Shown piece by piece: positions 13,636-25,900 of a stretch of DNA of 64,000 nucleotides (the first letter of the stretch is position 1; each line of letters starts with the position of its first letter). Source of the DNA: Octopus sinensis (Eukaryota); NCBI RefSeq assembly GCF_006345805.1, contig NC_042997.1, positions 37,820,001-37,884,000 of the forward strand, written 5' to 3'. The notes below the pieces were generated by a model. It did not search any database. It was not told the origin of the DNA and saw nothing but the letters and a program-made list of their open reading frames with translations. The position numbers and the translations under genes were made by a program.

Positions 13636-13712
13636 TGAATAAAATCATAATTAATTGATTCACTTGCATTTTCTTTTATTGAACGCCAGGAACTTCTCAA
13701 CAGTCCGCTCTC
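13636..13712 (+). mobile_element. Right-end fragment of the mariner-derived MITE
   Basis: aataaaatcataattaattgattcacttgcattttctttt...gccaggaacttctcaac matches 40535-40600. Confidence 0.6.
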
Positions 13713-13824
13713 TCTCAAATATAATTGTGTGTGTGTATGTGCGTGTGTGTGTGTGTGCTTGTATGTGTGTGCATGTATGTAAGTACACACACACATACAC
13801 ACACACACGCACAGACACACACAA

Positions 13825-13855
<31 letters not shown>

Positions 13856-14043
13856 CACAAACATATATACATACACATTCACACGCACAATTTATGTCAA
13901 AATGATAGTTGATCGTATGAAAAAGGACAACTGCTTTACTGAAACGCTGAAACAAACATCAGTGAGAAAAAAGCGCAAATTCTTATATGTATTTATGTAT
14001 TTATATATATAAATAGGAATATATATATATATATATATATATA

Positions 14044-14089
<46 letters not shown>

Positions 14090-14958
14090 TGGGTAGATAT
14101 AAATATGGGTTTTATTTGTACGTATTAGTGCGCAGATATATATTTAAATATATATATATATATGTATGTGCGAAAGTTCCCTGACACAGTATAGGAAAGT
14201 GTATTAATATTTATGCGTATATGCGGATGTGCGTGTGAGTGTGTGTGTTAGTGTTAGACACTGCTGCCTGTACTGATATGTCTATAAGCCATACGATGAC
14301 AGACATGCACTCTCTAATTTGTTGTAGAAATGTGTCGGGATGTATTCATGTGTGTGTACATGTGTGTGTGAGTCTCTGTGTGGATGTATGGGTTTAGGGT
14401 TAGATGTGGATGTGTATGTTTTGCTTGTACGGTGTGGTGGAGGTCGGGAGGTTCTCAATTGACCAACCGTGAGGAAGATAATGATAATTTTAAATTCAAA
14501 TCCAATAGTGTGTTTATGCCATAAGGAAAATTATTAACTGGAACACGGACATACATATATTCCGCTCTGATCATAATGTAAGAGTTATTAATAATATTAT
14601 GAATGATAACAATGATAACATTAATGGTATTGACAACGATAATGATACTAACTTTAATGACACTTTAGAAACTATTATGAAGTAATATAATGTACTATTG
14701 ACTATGTATATTTGCATCTAGGTATTAATTTGTGTATGTTTATTATCACAATATTAAGTCGAAAAACTGACACATTGAGTGTGGAACACATATTTATGTT
14801 TACTAATTTATATTATTTATTTATATCATTATGTATATGTATATTTTTATATGTATAGGAGTGTGAGTATATACACTCATATGTATATATATATGTTGTA
14901 TTGTGGGTACGCACCCACACCCATGTGGGTATATATGTATACTGAGTTATATTACATA

Positions 14959-15085
14959 ATCTCCGAAGAGGCCTTGTGATATTTTTGTTAATGTCTCATT
15001 TATATCTATATATTGACCAACCATAAAGGACTAATATTGGTAAAATGAGACATAATTATCGACATGGCCGAAACAGCTGTAAGAT
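14959..15085 (+). ncRNA. Type-I hammerhead-like motif, U4C core, long stem II hairpin
   Basis: atct CCGAAGA GGCC [92 nt including perfect IR atgtctcattt 14991-15001 / aaatgagacat 15043-15053] GGCC GAAA CAGCTG TA agat; stem III ACAGCTGT is palindromic; GUA triplet. Confidence 0.72.
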
Positions 15086-15328
15086 CTAATTTATACTTAT
15101 ATATATATTTACTTGTATTTATATTCTCTTTTATATATATTCTACTTATCATACAACATTACTCTTTTATGTACACTTTTTTATATACATTCCTTTATAT
15201 ACACTGATTTGTTCTGCTTTTTATATTTAACCCTACAGTCTCTTATGTGGTGGTTTAATAAAGTATGTGATTGAGTATTATCTGGTAATTGATATTTGAT
15301 TTAGATGTATTTCTCCATTTTCTTATCT

Positions 15329-15330
<2 letters not shown>

Positions 15331-15417
<87 letters not shown>

Positions 15418-15466
15418 TTATGTAAATATATATATATACGAATGTATACGTATATTTATATATATG

Positions 15467-15528
<62 letters not shown>

Positions 15529-15600
15529 CACATATATGCATATAAACATATGTATGCATATATATATATATATAGATAGATACATATATACGTGCATACA
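15331..15600. repeat. (TA)n-dominated microsatellite block
   Basis: Long ta repeat with phase slips; one of many such blocks (e.g. 17580-17730, 27800-28260, 31420-31630, 53180-53600). Confidence 0.97.
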
Positions 15601-17590
15601 TATATCCCCAGATACAAACATACATACACACATATACACACTTATAGATGCATACATACACACAACTCTGATGTTTTACAGAAAAAAGACATAATGCTCC
15701 AGATACTGAGAATAGGAAGAGATTCTTCACAAAAGTGCTTGTAGTTAGAGATCTTAATCAAGATGAAACAGTATTATATATTAATGCCAACCAAGGATAT
15801 GTCATTCTATCGGTGTTCATATAAAAGAAAGATCAATGGTGAAACTACTAAAATATATTGAATAATACAGAACGCAATGTGGAATACATAAGAAATGTTC
15901 GAAATGTATATTATATATGTACATTTCAAATTTGTATACTTCAGCACAACACATGAATACTGTAATTCATTTTATGCAAAAATAAATTCATATTAATCAG
16001 GGGAAATGTATGCAGTGGAGGAATTTTTAATGAAATATTTATATATCTCGACGTATATATGTTTCATCGTAACACTCCATGTATAGGAGGATGTGTTGTT
16101 ATGATATTTTAAGAAACACCGGATACTATCATATGCTTACGAAATGCATATTTTTTGACAAAAATATACAACTTGTGGCGAATGAACGTTGATGCGAATC
16201 AAACTTGCCAATTGATGATAAATCGTAATAGGTATCTATCAAATATGTGGAATGGTTGAAGCATTCATCACATATCAGTTTCGGCTTTCATGTGTAATCA
16301 GTGGAATAAACTATAACAATATCTCGTAAAGTGTATATATTTCGTTTTAACTAGTATTAAGTATGTGGCAACATATTCAGTATATGCAATATTTTATCTG
16401 AGGCACGTTATATATTCGGATACAGTCTAATAGAAATAAAATCATGCACACCACACTCACACACTCACACACATATATACATGTACCTACATACACACTC
16501 TGGCACACATCTATACATGTACCTACATACACATAATGACACACATTTATACATGTACCTACATACACATAGTGACACACATATATACATGTACCTACAC
16601 ACCCTCATACCCATACACATACATATATATTTATGTATGTGTGACTGTGTGTAAATGCACAGAAGTGTTTGTTTATCTACATGCATATATATATATATAT
16701 GTTTGCGTGTGTGTGCTTAATGCGTGTGCTTATGCGTGTGTGTGAATAAAATAGAGAGTGGGGAATTGTTATATGTCCATATCTATGTAACTATTCAACA
16801 TACATAGATATATACATACACAACTTACGTATTTTATTATATCTATATGCCTATGAGAATATATTTTCGTATACATGAATGCGTGTGTGAGTGTTTGCGT
16901 GTATGTACATGTAGGTGTTTATGTCATATGTATTTATAAATGCTTTTCCGAAAGAATTTTCGACATCTTTTATATGTTAACATATATTTGCTTTAACGTA
17001 TAAACCCATTAATTTAAATTTTATATACCTCCTTTTAAAAGTGTTTTCAAAATTTGTTTATACGTTGATGAAACTGTTTGTTTTTGCACTAAAGTGCAAT
17101 ATATTGAAGCCATAAATTCTTCCTAGCTATCCGATTCTTTAATGCGTGTTGATGTATATACTCTGTATAAACATATTTAACATTTCTATTGTTAAAGTAG
17201 ATAGACTAACAGGAATAGCGATTCTACATCATAATATAACTTACATCAAGCCAAAAACTTCATCTTTAATTCTCACTCTTCTTCTAACTGCAGTTCTGCA
17301 CCACATGGCATTATACTTAGCTACTGTTATTAATGGAAGCACGCTAACTATGATGATTTATTAATTGGCTTACAGTGTTCTGCCAAGATTATTCCGTTGC
17401 AAACCCTTGAGGGAATATGCTGAAATTGTATCGCACTGCAGGTTTCGTCGATGCAATAAAATAAGAAATAATGTGTACTGACTCAAGCAACAAAGTTCAA
17501 CCTAAAGTAAACAATAGGAAATCCATCAAATATGTTTACTTTATAACATTGTTCAATAAATACATACACCCACTTATATGTATGTATATA

Positions 17591-17648
<58 letters not shown>

Positions 17649-17660
17649 CATAATATACAC

Positions 17661-17722
<62 letters not shown>

Positions 17723-17842
17723 ATATATTTTTGTGTGTAAGTATGTATGCATGCATATGTGTATGCATATAGTTTGATAGATTGAGATAGAGAAAGAGAG
17801 AGTGGAAGAGAGCCAGACAGACATATATATATATATATATAT

Positions 17843-17940
17843 AACGGGAAGCTTTATGAAGATAAACAAAAGACGAAGGCAGGTGGAAAACAAACAAACA
17901 ATTGTATTAGTATGGCGCTCAGGAAATATAAATAAAACAA
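17843..17940 (+). repeat. (TA)n-embedded short repeat family E (other copies 24717-24799 minus, 63712-63728 minus)
   Basis: aacgggaagctttatgaa-ataaacaaaagacgaaggcaggtggaaaacaa...attgtattagtatggcgctcagg is near-identical to the reverse complement of 24717-24799; flanked by microsatellites. Confidence 0.85.
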
Positions 17941-17949
17941 ATATATATA

Positions 17950-17952
17950 TAT

Positions 17953-18043
<91 letters not shown>
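17950..18043. repeat. (GATA)n microsatellite
   Basis: Read directly; others at 51174-51275 and 51580-51665. Confidence 0.97.
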
Positions 18044-18044
<1 letters not shown>

Positions 18045-18399
18045 GAAGGGAATTATTAGATAAGGGAACAAGAAATATGAAATCAATTTCATTAACACAC
18101 AACTGTTTCTGCTATTAGTCCATGAGCCACGTCAGCTAGCAGCACTATCTGAGGTGAATACACGTAAGAGGTATTAAAATGTTTATAGGGTCACTATGAG
18201 TGTAAAAAAATGTGATAGCTCTTTCAGCTAGGTAGTTTTGTTCGTTTTTTGTAGATATATGAAATTTCACCAATACTCATACTGAAGTACTTCTGCACGT
18301 GATGACTACAACACGTATGACATCTTTCAAACATCTAACAGAAATTAGAATGAACTGAACAAGCCCCTCGTATACACAGACAGTCTTTCCATGGATGAC

Positions 18400-19480
18400 C
18401 TTGTCAAAAACACCACAGACTGCTTCAGAAGTTGTGGGAATTAAATAAAATTCTGTCTGAGTATTCTCTAATCAAAGCAGCAGTGCAGCTAAGACAAAAG
18501 GCAATGAAACAATATATCAGTCAATCATGACCACGAATCACCGAGCAAAATATCATTTCCGACATTGTTACCAAATTTCCCTATTCCTTGCTGACTGGGG
18601 CAAGCAAGTGTTCAAGTTCCTCAGAAAGGGTCAAGCGTCTTGCTATTTCTTTTGGAAGTGACTTGGTGTTTGCTGTTACATGTGGCGAAATAAAGTTGAT
18701 GATACTGATGTTCTGAGTTTGTGCCTGGGGTTCTGTAGCAAAGTCCCGTGCTGTCTGTGCCAGAAGTGTGGTACAAAGGACAGAAAACACTTCCTTGGCA
18801 TTACGAAACTGAGTCCTGCACTGCGAGGTGGCATCTCCGATGCTTTGATTGGCATGCACGCCTTCACAGGTTGTGATACAGTCAGTGCCTCTCCTGGCCG
18901 TGGAAAGTTGACAACGTTCAAACAGATGAAATCTAACAAGTCCTTCCGAGAAGATTTCAGTGAATTGATGAAGTCTTGGGATGTATCTCCTGAACTGTTT
19001 CAGAAGCTACAGATGATAACCTGCCGAATGTACATGCCTTCTGCTTCAACAACAGAAGTAAATAAACTTTGATGCCAGCTCTTTTGCGCTAGACATAGAG
19101 TATTTTCAGTCGTGTCAACTGCTTCCACGTGAGTACTGTCTGTTATGCATGCTTTCCGTGCAAATACCAAGCAACCATCTGGACAAGATGTCTACAGGGC
19201 CAACCCTTTGTCCCAAGCCCCATCGGTAAAGGCTGGAGATTAGACTAGAAGAATTATCTCGTCATTGTTTGTCGCCCGCACTGGATGCTGATCTTTAGCT
19301 TTTGTCCTGAAAATGTGTGCATTCCTGCAAACTACCAGCATGCAGCTGCCTCAGTAATAGCTTGAAGTGAACAGACATGTATAACCTACGGACATACGAC
19401 GAGCAATATCCTGAATTCGGCAACAGAAATCCAAAATTAGGACTGACGGATTCTGAGGATGACCACGATGATTAACTTCA
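18400..19480 (+). pseudogene. Decayed FEN1/XPG-like (PIN, H3TH) nuclease + C-terminal CXC gene, probably of mobile-element origin
   Basis: ORF 18680-19072 has DDTDVLSL and ALIGMHAFTGCDTVSASPGRGK; after frameshifts HAFRAN-QATIWTRCLQGQPFVPSPIGKGW and KCVHSCKLPACSCLSNSLK; intronless with stops. Confidence 0.72.
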
Positions 19481-19647
19481 TGGTATGCTGGGTAGCCATG
19501 GCAGATCCAGAACCTGGCTAACCTACAGCTGCTATGCTAGTAGAAAATGTTTGTTGATTTGAAAACAACTGATACTATGACTTGTTGTGTGCACATGAGA
19601 TAACTGCGTCAAGTTTGATCTTATGTTCAAGACATATAATGTATATT

Positions 19648-20036
19648 GGAGGCGCAATGGCCTAGTGGTTAGGGCAGCGGACTCGCGGTCGTAGGATCGC
19701 GGTTTCGATTCCCAGACCGGGCGTTGTGAGTGTGTATTGAGCGAAAACACCTAAAGCTCCACGAGGCTCCGGCAGGGGGTGGTGGTGATCCCTGCTGTAC
19801 TCTTTCACCACAACTTTCTATCACTCTTACTTCCTGTTTCTGTTGTACCTGTATTTGAAAGGGCCGGCCTTGTCACTCTCTGTGTCACGCTGAATATCCC
19901 CGAGAACTGCGTTATGGGTACACGTGTCTGTGGAGTGCTCAGCCACTTACACGTTAATTTCACGAGCAGGCTGTTCCGTTGATCTGATCAACCGGAACCC
20001 TCGTCGTCGGAACCGATGGAGTGCTTCCATTCCATC
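19648..20036 (+). mobile_element. SINE family A (full length)
   Basis: Same head and body as 2120-2504; tail gtgcttccattccatc; TSD atgtatat at 19639-19646 and 20037-20044. Confidence 0.93.
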
Positions 20037-20548
20037 ATGTATATGAAATATGCAATTCAATTTTATTAAGTATCAATACATATTAACTAAATTATGATCT
20101 GCTTATCATTTCGTTGCCCTTGGAATAGTCAAAATAAAGATATTTAAGAAATTTCTGCTTCTTATGGTGGGTATGTCTATTTATAAGGTGATAATTACTA
20201 CTAAGCTACCATTCTGACATATATAAATAAAAAACTAGAGACATATAGCAAGTCAAAAATTACCATAAGAATTTTGGGGTCTGAGCTTAAGGCCTATATT
20301 AAAATGTGAATACTTGTGCATCATCTTCCGGTTTCTTTGAATCATTCAGACTGAAGTGTATGTATATTGTGTAACGCACTTAAATACATAGAGAATGTAT
20401 ATAATAATACCTATTCAGACAGGTACATATGAATAAAATAGTACATGTGTACTGAGTGTGTACAAGAGATTATTAGTAACGCTATGCCTAAGAGAAATCA
20501 TATATACATGCATACATATATACATATGTATATATATATATTATATTA

Positions 20549-20603
<55 letters not shown>

Positions 20604-20660
20604 ATATATATGTGTATGTATGTATGTATCTATGTATGTATGTATACATATAAGTATAAG

Positions 20661-21328
20661 TATGAGCATTTATAGGATATAATCGTATATAAACTCAATT
20701 AACAATTAAAGATGGAAGAGAGATGTTGAAAACTTTATAAAATTTTAATCTATGAGTGCGATCGTTTCAAATGATAACACCAGCATGTAAGATACATGAA
20801 AAACATAAAATTAACTATAATTAAATTAAATTGAATTAATAACGTATTACCATTCTCCTCAGTGCAAAAGATGGAGTACATATCAGGAACGGTAGTAACA
20901 GTTTATTACAGGAGAACACATTGAGTCTGTGTCGCAAAACTCAATCGGATATTCACTAATTGATTGTGAAAGATGAAATATAAGAACATGGTTAGGTAAT
21001 ATTTCATCTTTCACAATCAATTTGTGAATATCCGATTGAGTTTTGCGACACAGACTCAATGGGGTCTCCTGTAATATTCTTCTGTTACTACCGTTCCTGA
21101 TGTTTTCGTCATCTTTTACACTGAGGAGAATGATAATATGTAATTAAATTAATTTAATTTAATAATAATTTTAATTAAGTTAATTTTTTTCATGTTTCTT
21201 ATATGTTGGTGTTATCATTTGAAACGATCGTATGCATGGAGTAAATTTTTATAAAACTTTTAACATCTCTTCTTCATCTTTAATTGTTAGTTGAGTTTAT
21301 ATAGGAGTATATCCTATAAATTCTCATA
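20661..21328. repeat. Long inverted repeat: arms 20661-20981 and 20999-21328, 17-bp spacer
   Basis: Arms align as reverse complements along their length; the innermost ~65 bp (cattgagtctgtgtcgcaaaactcaatcggatattcac...gatgaaatat) differ at about one position, outer parts are more diverged. Confidence 0.93.
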
Positions 21329-21640
21329 ACACACCTTACACTTGTTAAATTTTCATATCTTTTAAATGAATATTTACGTTAGTAAGCTACAATTTTAATA
21401 TGAAATCTAACTTTGGACTCCCACCCCAAGGCAAAACTGTTCTAATTGAACTCCAGCCTTTCTCATATATACATATTATCTTTTGCTAGCATCAGTCACA
21501 TCATCACCGGTTGTCAAGTGGTTGTTGAGGACAAATACAGACACAAAGACACACACACATAAACACATATATACATACGTACAAGTATGTGTGTGTGTAT
21601 GTGTGCGCGTGTGTGTTTGTGTGTGTGTGTGTGTGTATGT

Positions 21641-21705
21641 CGGCGTAGGTGTAACTGTGTGGTAGAAAGCTTGCTTCTCAAACACTGGGTTCCGGGTTCA
21701 ATCCC
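21641..21705 (+). mobile_element. Old SINE family B, 5' part, interrupted by the Gypsy element
   Basis: Head ggcgtaggtgtaactgtgtggtagaaagcttgc...gggttcaatccc stops at the LTR; continues at 25794. Confidence 0.75.
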
Positions 21706-21765
21706 TGCTTTGATGAGAGTCACGACGCCCAGAAATTGACTGGTCCGAGCAATTATAAATAGTAG

Positions 21766-22165
21766 GCGCAGGAGTGGCTGTGTGGTAAGTAGCTTGCTAA
21801 CCAACCACATGGTTCCGGGTTCAGTCCCACTGTGTGGCATCTTGGGCAAGTGTCTTCTGCTATAGCCCCGGGCCGACCAATGCCTTGTGAGTGGATTTGG
21901 TAGACGGAAACTGAAAGAAGCCTGTCGTATATATGTATATATATATAAGTGTGTGTGTATACGTTTGTGTGTCTGTGTTTGTCCCCCTAGCATTGCTTGA
22001 CAACTGATGCTGGTGTGTTTACGTCCCCGTCACTTAGCGGTTCAGCAAAAGAGACCGATAGAATAAGTACTGGGCTTACAAAGAATAAGTCCCGGGGTCG
22101 ATTTGCTCGACTAAAGGCGGTGCTCCATCATGGCCGCAGTCAAATGACTGAAACAAGAAAAAGAG
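21766..22165 (+). mobile_element. Younger SINE family B (CORE-like, full length) inserted in the 5' LTR
   Basis: Head ggcgcaggagtggctgtgtgg...ggttcagtccc, box cttgggcaagtgtcttctgctatagcc, internal (TA)/(TG) tract, tail ggcggtgctcc...cagtcaaatgactgaaac; TSD taaatagtag at 21756-21765 and 22166-22175. Confidence 0.93.
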
Positions 22166-22559
22166 TAAATAGTAGCGGTGGGAGTGAAGATTGCGTGTTA
22201 GTTCCAGTTGAGATCGCAGTGAAGTCGGAAGGTGTCGGTTATTTAGTTCGTTTGGAATACTGATTGATGGTTCGTGAAGAGATTGTTGGATCGCTACATT
22301 GTTATTATCTTGTTTACTATTACTATAATGGCACAGTGTATCTAAACAATCTGTCACAATATCGTGGCCGTACCACGATATTCAGAGATGGAGGGTACAT
22401 CTCGTGACAAGACTTTCGAAGTTCGTGTAAGTATTTTAACAATTTGTTCGTGATATATCTTGTTAAATAATGTAAAACCTATTATCTTCTATAATAAAAT
22501 TGCAAAAGTAACAACAAGAAAAAAAACAGGAGTTGCAGAAGCAGTTAGTACAGCGACAA

Positions 22560-23350
22560 CTACAACAACAACAATTATTGGAGCTATACGCAAAGAAGTT
22601 CGAAAATGCGGTAAGTACGCTTACGCCAGATGGTGCATCTAACTCCATAACGGAATTCAGTTATAACCCAGAGGAGGATATGACTTTTGCAGCTTGGTAC
22701 AGAAGGGACAAGTAGAGTTTTAAGGAAGATTTCAAAATATGGTCGGTTGAAGAAAAAGCAAGATTATTATTACCTAAATTAGCTCCATCTGAGCATGAAC
22801 GATACTGAAATTTCAGATTTCCTAAAATTTCTAGTGAACTTTGTTTTCAGGAAGCAATCATGTTATTGACGAATATGTTCGGTGATAAATTTTCTCTCTC
22901 ACTCGAATGGAGTGTTGGAATTTAATAAAAAAGAGTATGATGACTTTATTACGTATGCAGGAACAGTCACCAGAATGTGTGAAATTTTTAAAGTTTAAGA
23001 ACATATTCCTGAGATGTTTAAGTGCCTCATTCTTGTACAAGGGCTTACAGCAAATTAAAATGCAGAAATACGAGCAAGAATACTTTTAAAACTTGTACAC
23101 GCGAGCCAAGATTTAATCTCTCAGACTGTTGGAGAAGAGTGTGAACGGATGGTGAACCTGAAAAACGACGCAAGAAAACTTCAAGAAAAAACAGATATGT
23201 CGACTGAGAAAGTGTAACCAAAGAAGGTTGCTATGCTCTAATCCATGTTAAAGATGTATAGGCCTCATCAGAAAATATTGTTCTTTTAAAAATCAAAAAT
23301 GTTTCAGTTATCAAAAATGTGGACACATGAGTTTATACTGCAGAAGAAAA
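22560..23350 (+). pseudogene. gag: Gypsy gag remnant
   Basis: SITEFSYNPEEDMTFAAWYRRDK*...KARLLLPKL...FKCLILVQGL...AEIRARIL and a degenerate zinc knuckle ending KKCGHMSLYCRRK; stops and frameshifts. Confidence 0.75.
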
Positions 23351-23414
23351 GTACGAAAGTCAAATGTAAAAACTTCTAAGGTGCTCTCAGCAGAAAATAA
23401 AATCGACTCCGAAA

Positions 23415-23700
23415 TAAGGAAATTTGTACACGTTAAAGTAAACGGAATAGATATTAAATTACTGCTAAATACTGATAGTAACATTTCAATCATTAACCCC
23501 GAGACGTGGAAGAATATAGGGAAACCTATGTTAAGAAACAGCGGAAACAACACTGGCGTTTTGGGTGACAAATTACACATTTGTAGGCGAAATGTAGAAT
23601 GCTATCACATTTCGAGGAAAGTCTTGCAAGGCGAAAGTTTTCATCGTAAAGGATGCAACCAATCTGTTTGATACAAACTGGTTGGAGGTATTTCATTTAT
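23415..23700 (+). pseudogene. Gypsy aspartic protease remnant
   Basis: VHVKVNGIDIKLLLNTDSNISIINPETWKNIGKP; LNTDS is a decayed LDTGS catalytic motif. Confidence 0.78.
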
Positions 23701-23809
23701 GCGATCTCCTAATAAGCTGGTACTGTAAAAAATTAAATGGTTGCCCCGCCAGTGAAAAGAACTCAGCAGCTGAACTGAAGAGAAGATTATTTCAAAATAT
23801 TATATCTAA

Positions 23810-24616
23810 TGTTATTCACGAACGGCCAGTGACGGTGCATCATATAAAATGAAATCCGTAGAGGATAATTAGATTGCAAGATGGAAAGAAGTGTTGAAAT
23901 ATAGGCAAAACAAAAAGGCAAATTCGAATAATTTTTCGCTATGCGACGATGTTTTAATGTACGCGCAAAGAATGGTAGTACCAACTGCACTACAGAAATG
24001 AGTATTGCAGGAATTATTGAGTGGGCACTCGGGAATGTCGAGAATGAAAGCCTTAATGAAGAGCTATGTACATTGGCCGACAATGGACCAGGACACTGAA
24101 AATTGTATAAAATCATGTTGCGGTTGTGCGACACAGGTGATACAGTAGGTGCGGCCGGAAAGGGATAGTCCGTGGTCCACCGTACATATCGACTACGCTG
24201 GACCAATGAACGGCGCATATTATTTAGTCGTTGATGATAGTGGTACAAAGGTACAAAGTGTCCAGAGGTATGCAGGTTGCACAAGCCAACCACTAAGACA
24301 ACGATAAAGTTCCTGGATGAATTATTTGCCCGATACGGTGTTCCAGCCACGTTAGTATCAGATAATGGAACATAATTTAGGGGTAGTGAATTAAACATTT
24401 TCGACAAAATACATGCGATAAAGCTTATTTTTTTACCCCGACCTAATCCCCGAGGTCAAACGAGCAGGAAGAAAGATTCGTTGATACATATATATATATA
24501 TATATACACCAGCCACACCAGCCACCTCCGGTCTCATGGCGTCAGTTCCATCAGATGATGTCAGTTGGTCATCTTCGAACCGAAGGACGAACATTATTAT
24601 ATATATAATATATATA

Positions 24617-24663
<47 letters not shown>

Positions 24664-24684
24664 GTGTGTGTGTGTGTGTGTATG

Positions 24685-24716
<32 letters not shown>

Positions 24717-24797
24717 TTCCCTGAGCGCCATACTAATACAATTGTTCCTTGTTTTCCACCTGCCTTCGTCTTTTGTTTATTTTCATAAAGCTTCCCG

Positions 24798-24889
<92 letters not shown>

Positions 24890-25260
24890 ATATATGTATA
24901 CATGTATACAAGCATTATAAGAAAGCAAGGAATGACGTAGGAAATTAGAAAGCGCTAACGAAATGTTTGAGGGTATATAGAATAACGCCCAATCAGAATC
25001 CCAGCAGTGTTAATGTTTGTGGGAAAAATGAAATCGATCTTCGATTAATTATTGCAAGGAGAATTATATTTAAAGGATATACAGAAAATATAGCAAAACA
25101 TTTCGAAGTAGGAAATAAAATGCATTTTAAGATTTACAATCATGGTAAAGAAGGCTGGGAGGACGGTCTTGTAGATAAAAGTATAGGAAACATATGATGT
25201 AGGTAGTTAAAGGACCACATTGGGAACATAAAAGACACCTAAGCCAATTAAAGTCGAGAC
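23810..25260 (+). pseudogene. Gypsy integrase remnant (H2C2 + core), split by a microsatellite/repeat insertion at ~24488-24915
   Basis: RMVVPTALQK*VLQELLSGHSGMSRMKALMKSYVHWPTMDQDTENCIKSCCGC; PWSTVHIDYAGP; LFARYGVPATLVSDNGT*F; resumes with LRVYRITPN after the insertion. Confidence 0.82.
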
Positions 25261-25793
25261 ATACTGAAAAACGAAGAGAAATAACAATGGAAGTCTGTTA
25301 TGACATGTTTGAGGTGCCAGCACAGAAAGAGACTGAGCCTTAGAGAAGCAACCGTAGAAAAAGGTAACAGTCTGTGCACATAGAAATAATGCTAAAACGA
25401 AAATGATATTCATTTTTTAAAAAAACGGGAGAGGGAGATGCGCCGGAAAAAGAAAAAAGTAAATCAATTTCTCTACTCACAGTGGTCGACATCTCAAAAG
25501 GGGAGTTGTTTTGATGAGACACGTCTTTGCGAGATATAGACTGGACTGAGTGATAATAAATTGTAGCGGTCCGAGTGAAGTTTGTGTTTGTTCCAGTTGA
25601 GTTCGCTGTGATGTCGGAGAGTGTCGGTTGGTTAGTTCGTTTGGATTATTGATTGTTTATTCGTGAAGGGATTGTTGGGGTGTTGCTTTGTTATTAGGGT
25701 TGCATCGTTATCTTGTTTAATGTTACTACACTGGTACAGTCTATCTAAACAATCCGTCACAATATCGTGACATTAAGAGATGTGGATATAACT

Positions 25794-25900
25794 GTCCCAC
25801 TGCGTGAAACCTTCAGCTAGTGCCTTCTACTATAGCCACGAGCCCGTCAAAATTTATAAGTCAATTTGACAGCTGCTAATTGGAAGAAGCCCGTCGCATA
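25794..25900 (+). mobile_element. Old SINE family B, continuation after the Gypsy 3' LTR
   Basis: gtcccactgcgtgaaaccttcagctagtgccttctactatagcc...gaagaagcccgtcgcatatat resumes where 21641-21705 stops. Confidence 0.75.

Larger units (their letters stand above)
21706..25793 (+). mobile_element. Ty3/Gypsy LTR retrotransposon (K02A2.6-like gag), decayed, RT-RNase H absent
   Basis: LTRs 21706-22399 (contains a SINE) and 25507-25793 start tg(c/t)tttgatgag; PPT aaaaggggag at 25496-25505; candidate TSD atccc/gtccc; gag, protease and integrase remnants in Gypsy order. Confidence 0.88.

Noticed and set aside
14392-14403. tttagggttag telomere-like motif
   Set aside because: Fewer than two units; not an interstitial telomeric array.
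19648-19720. tRNA-like sequences at SINE heads (also 2430-2504, 47445-47515, 21766-21830)
   Set aside because: They continue into SINE bodies, several with TSDs; not independent tRNA genes.
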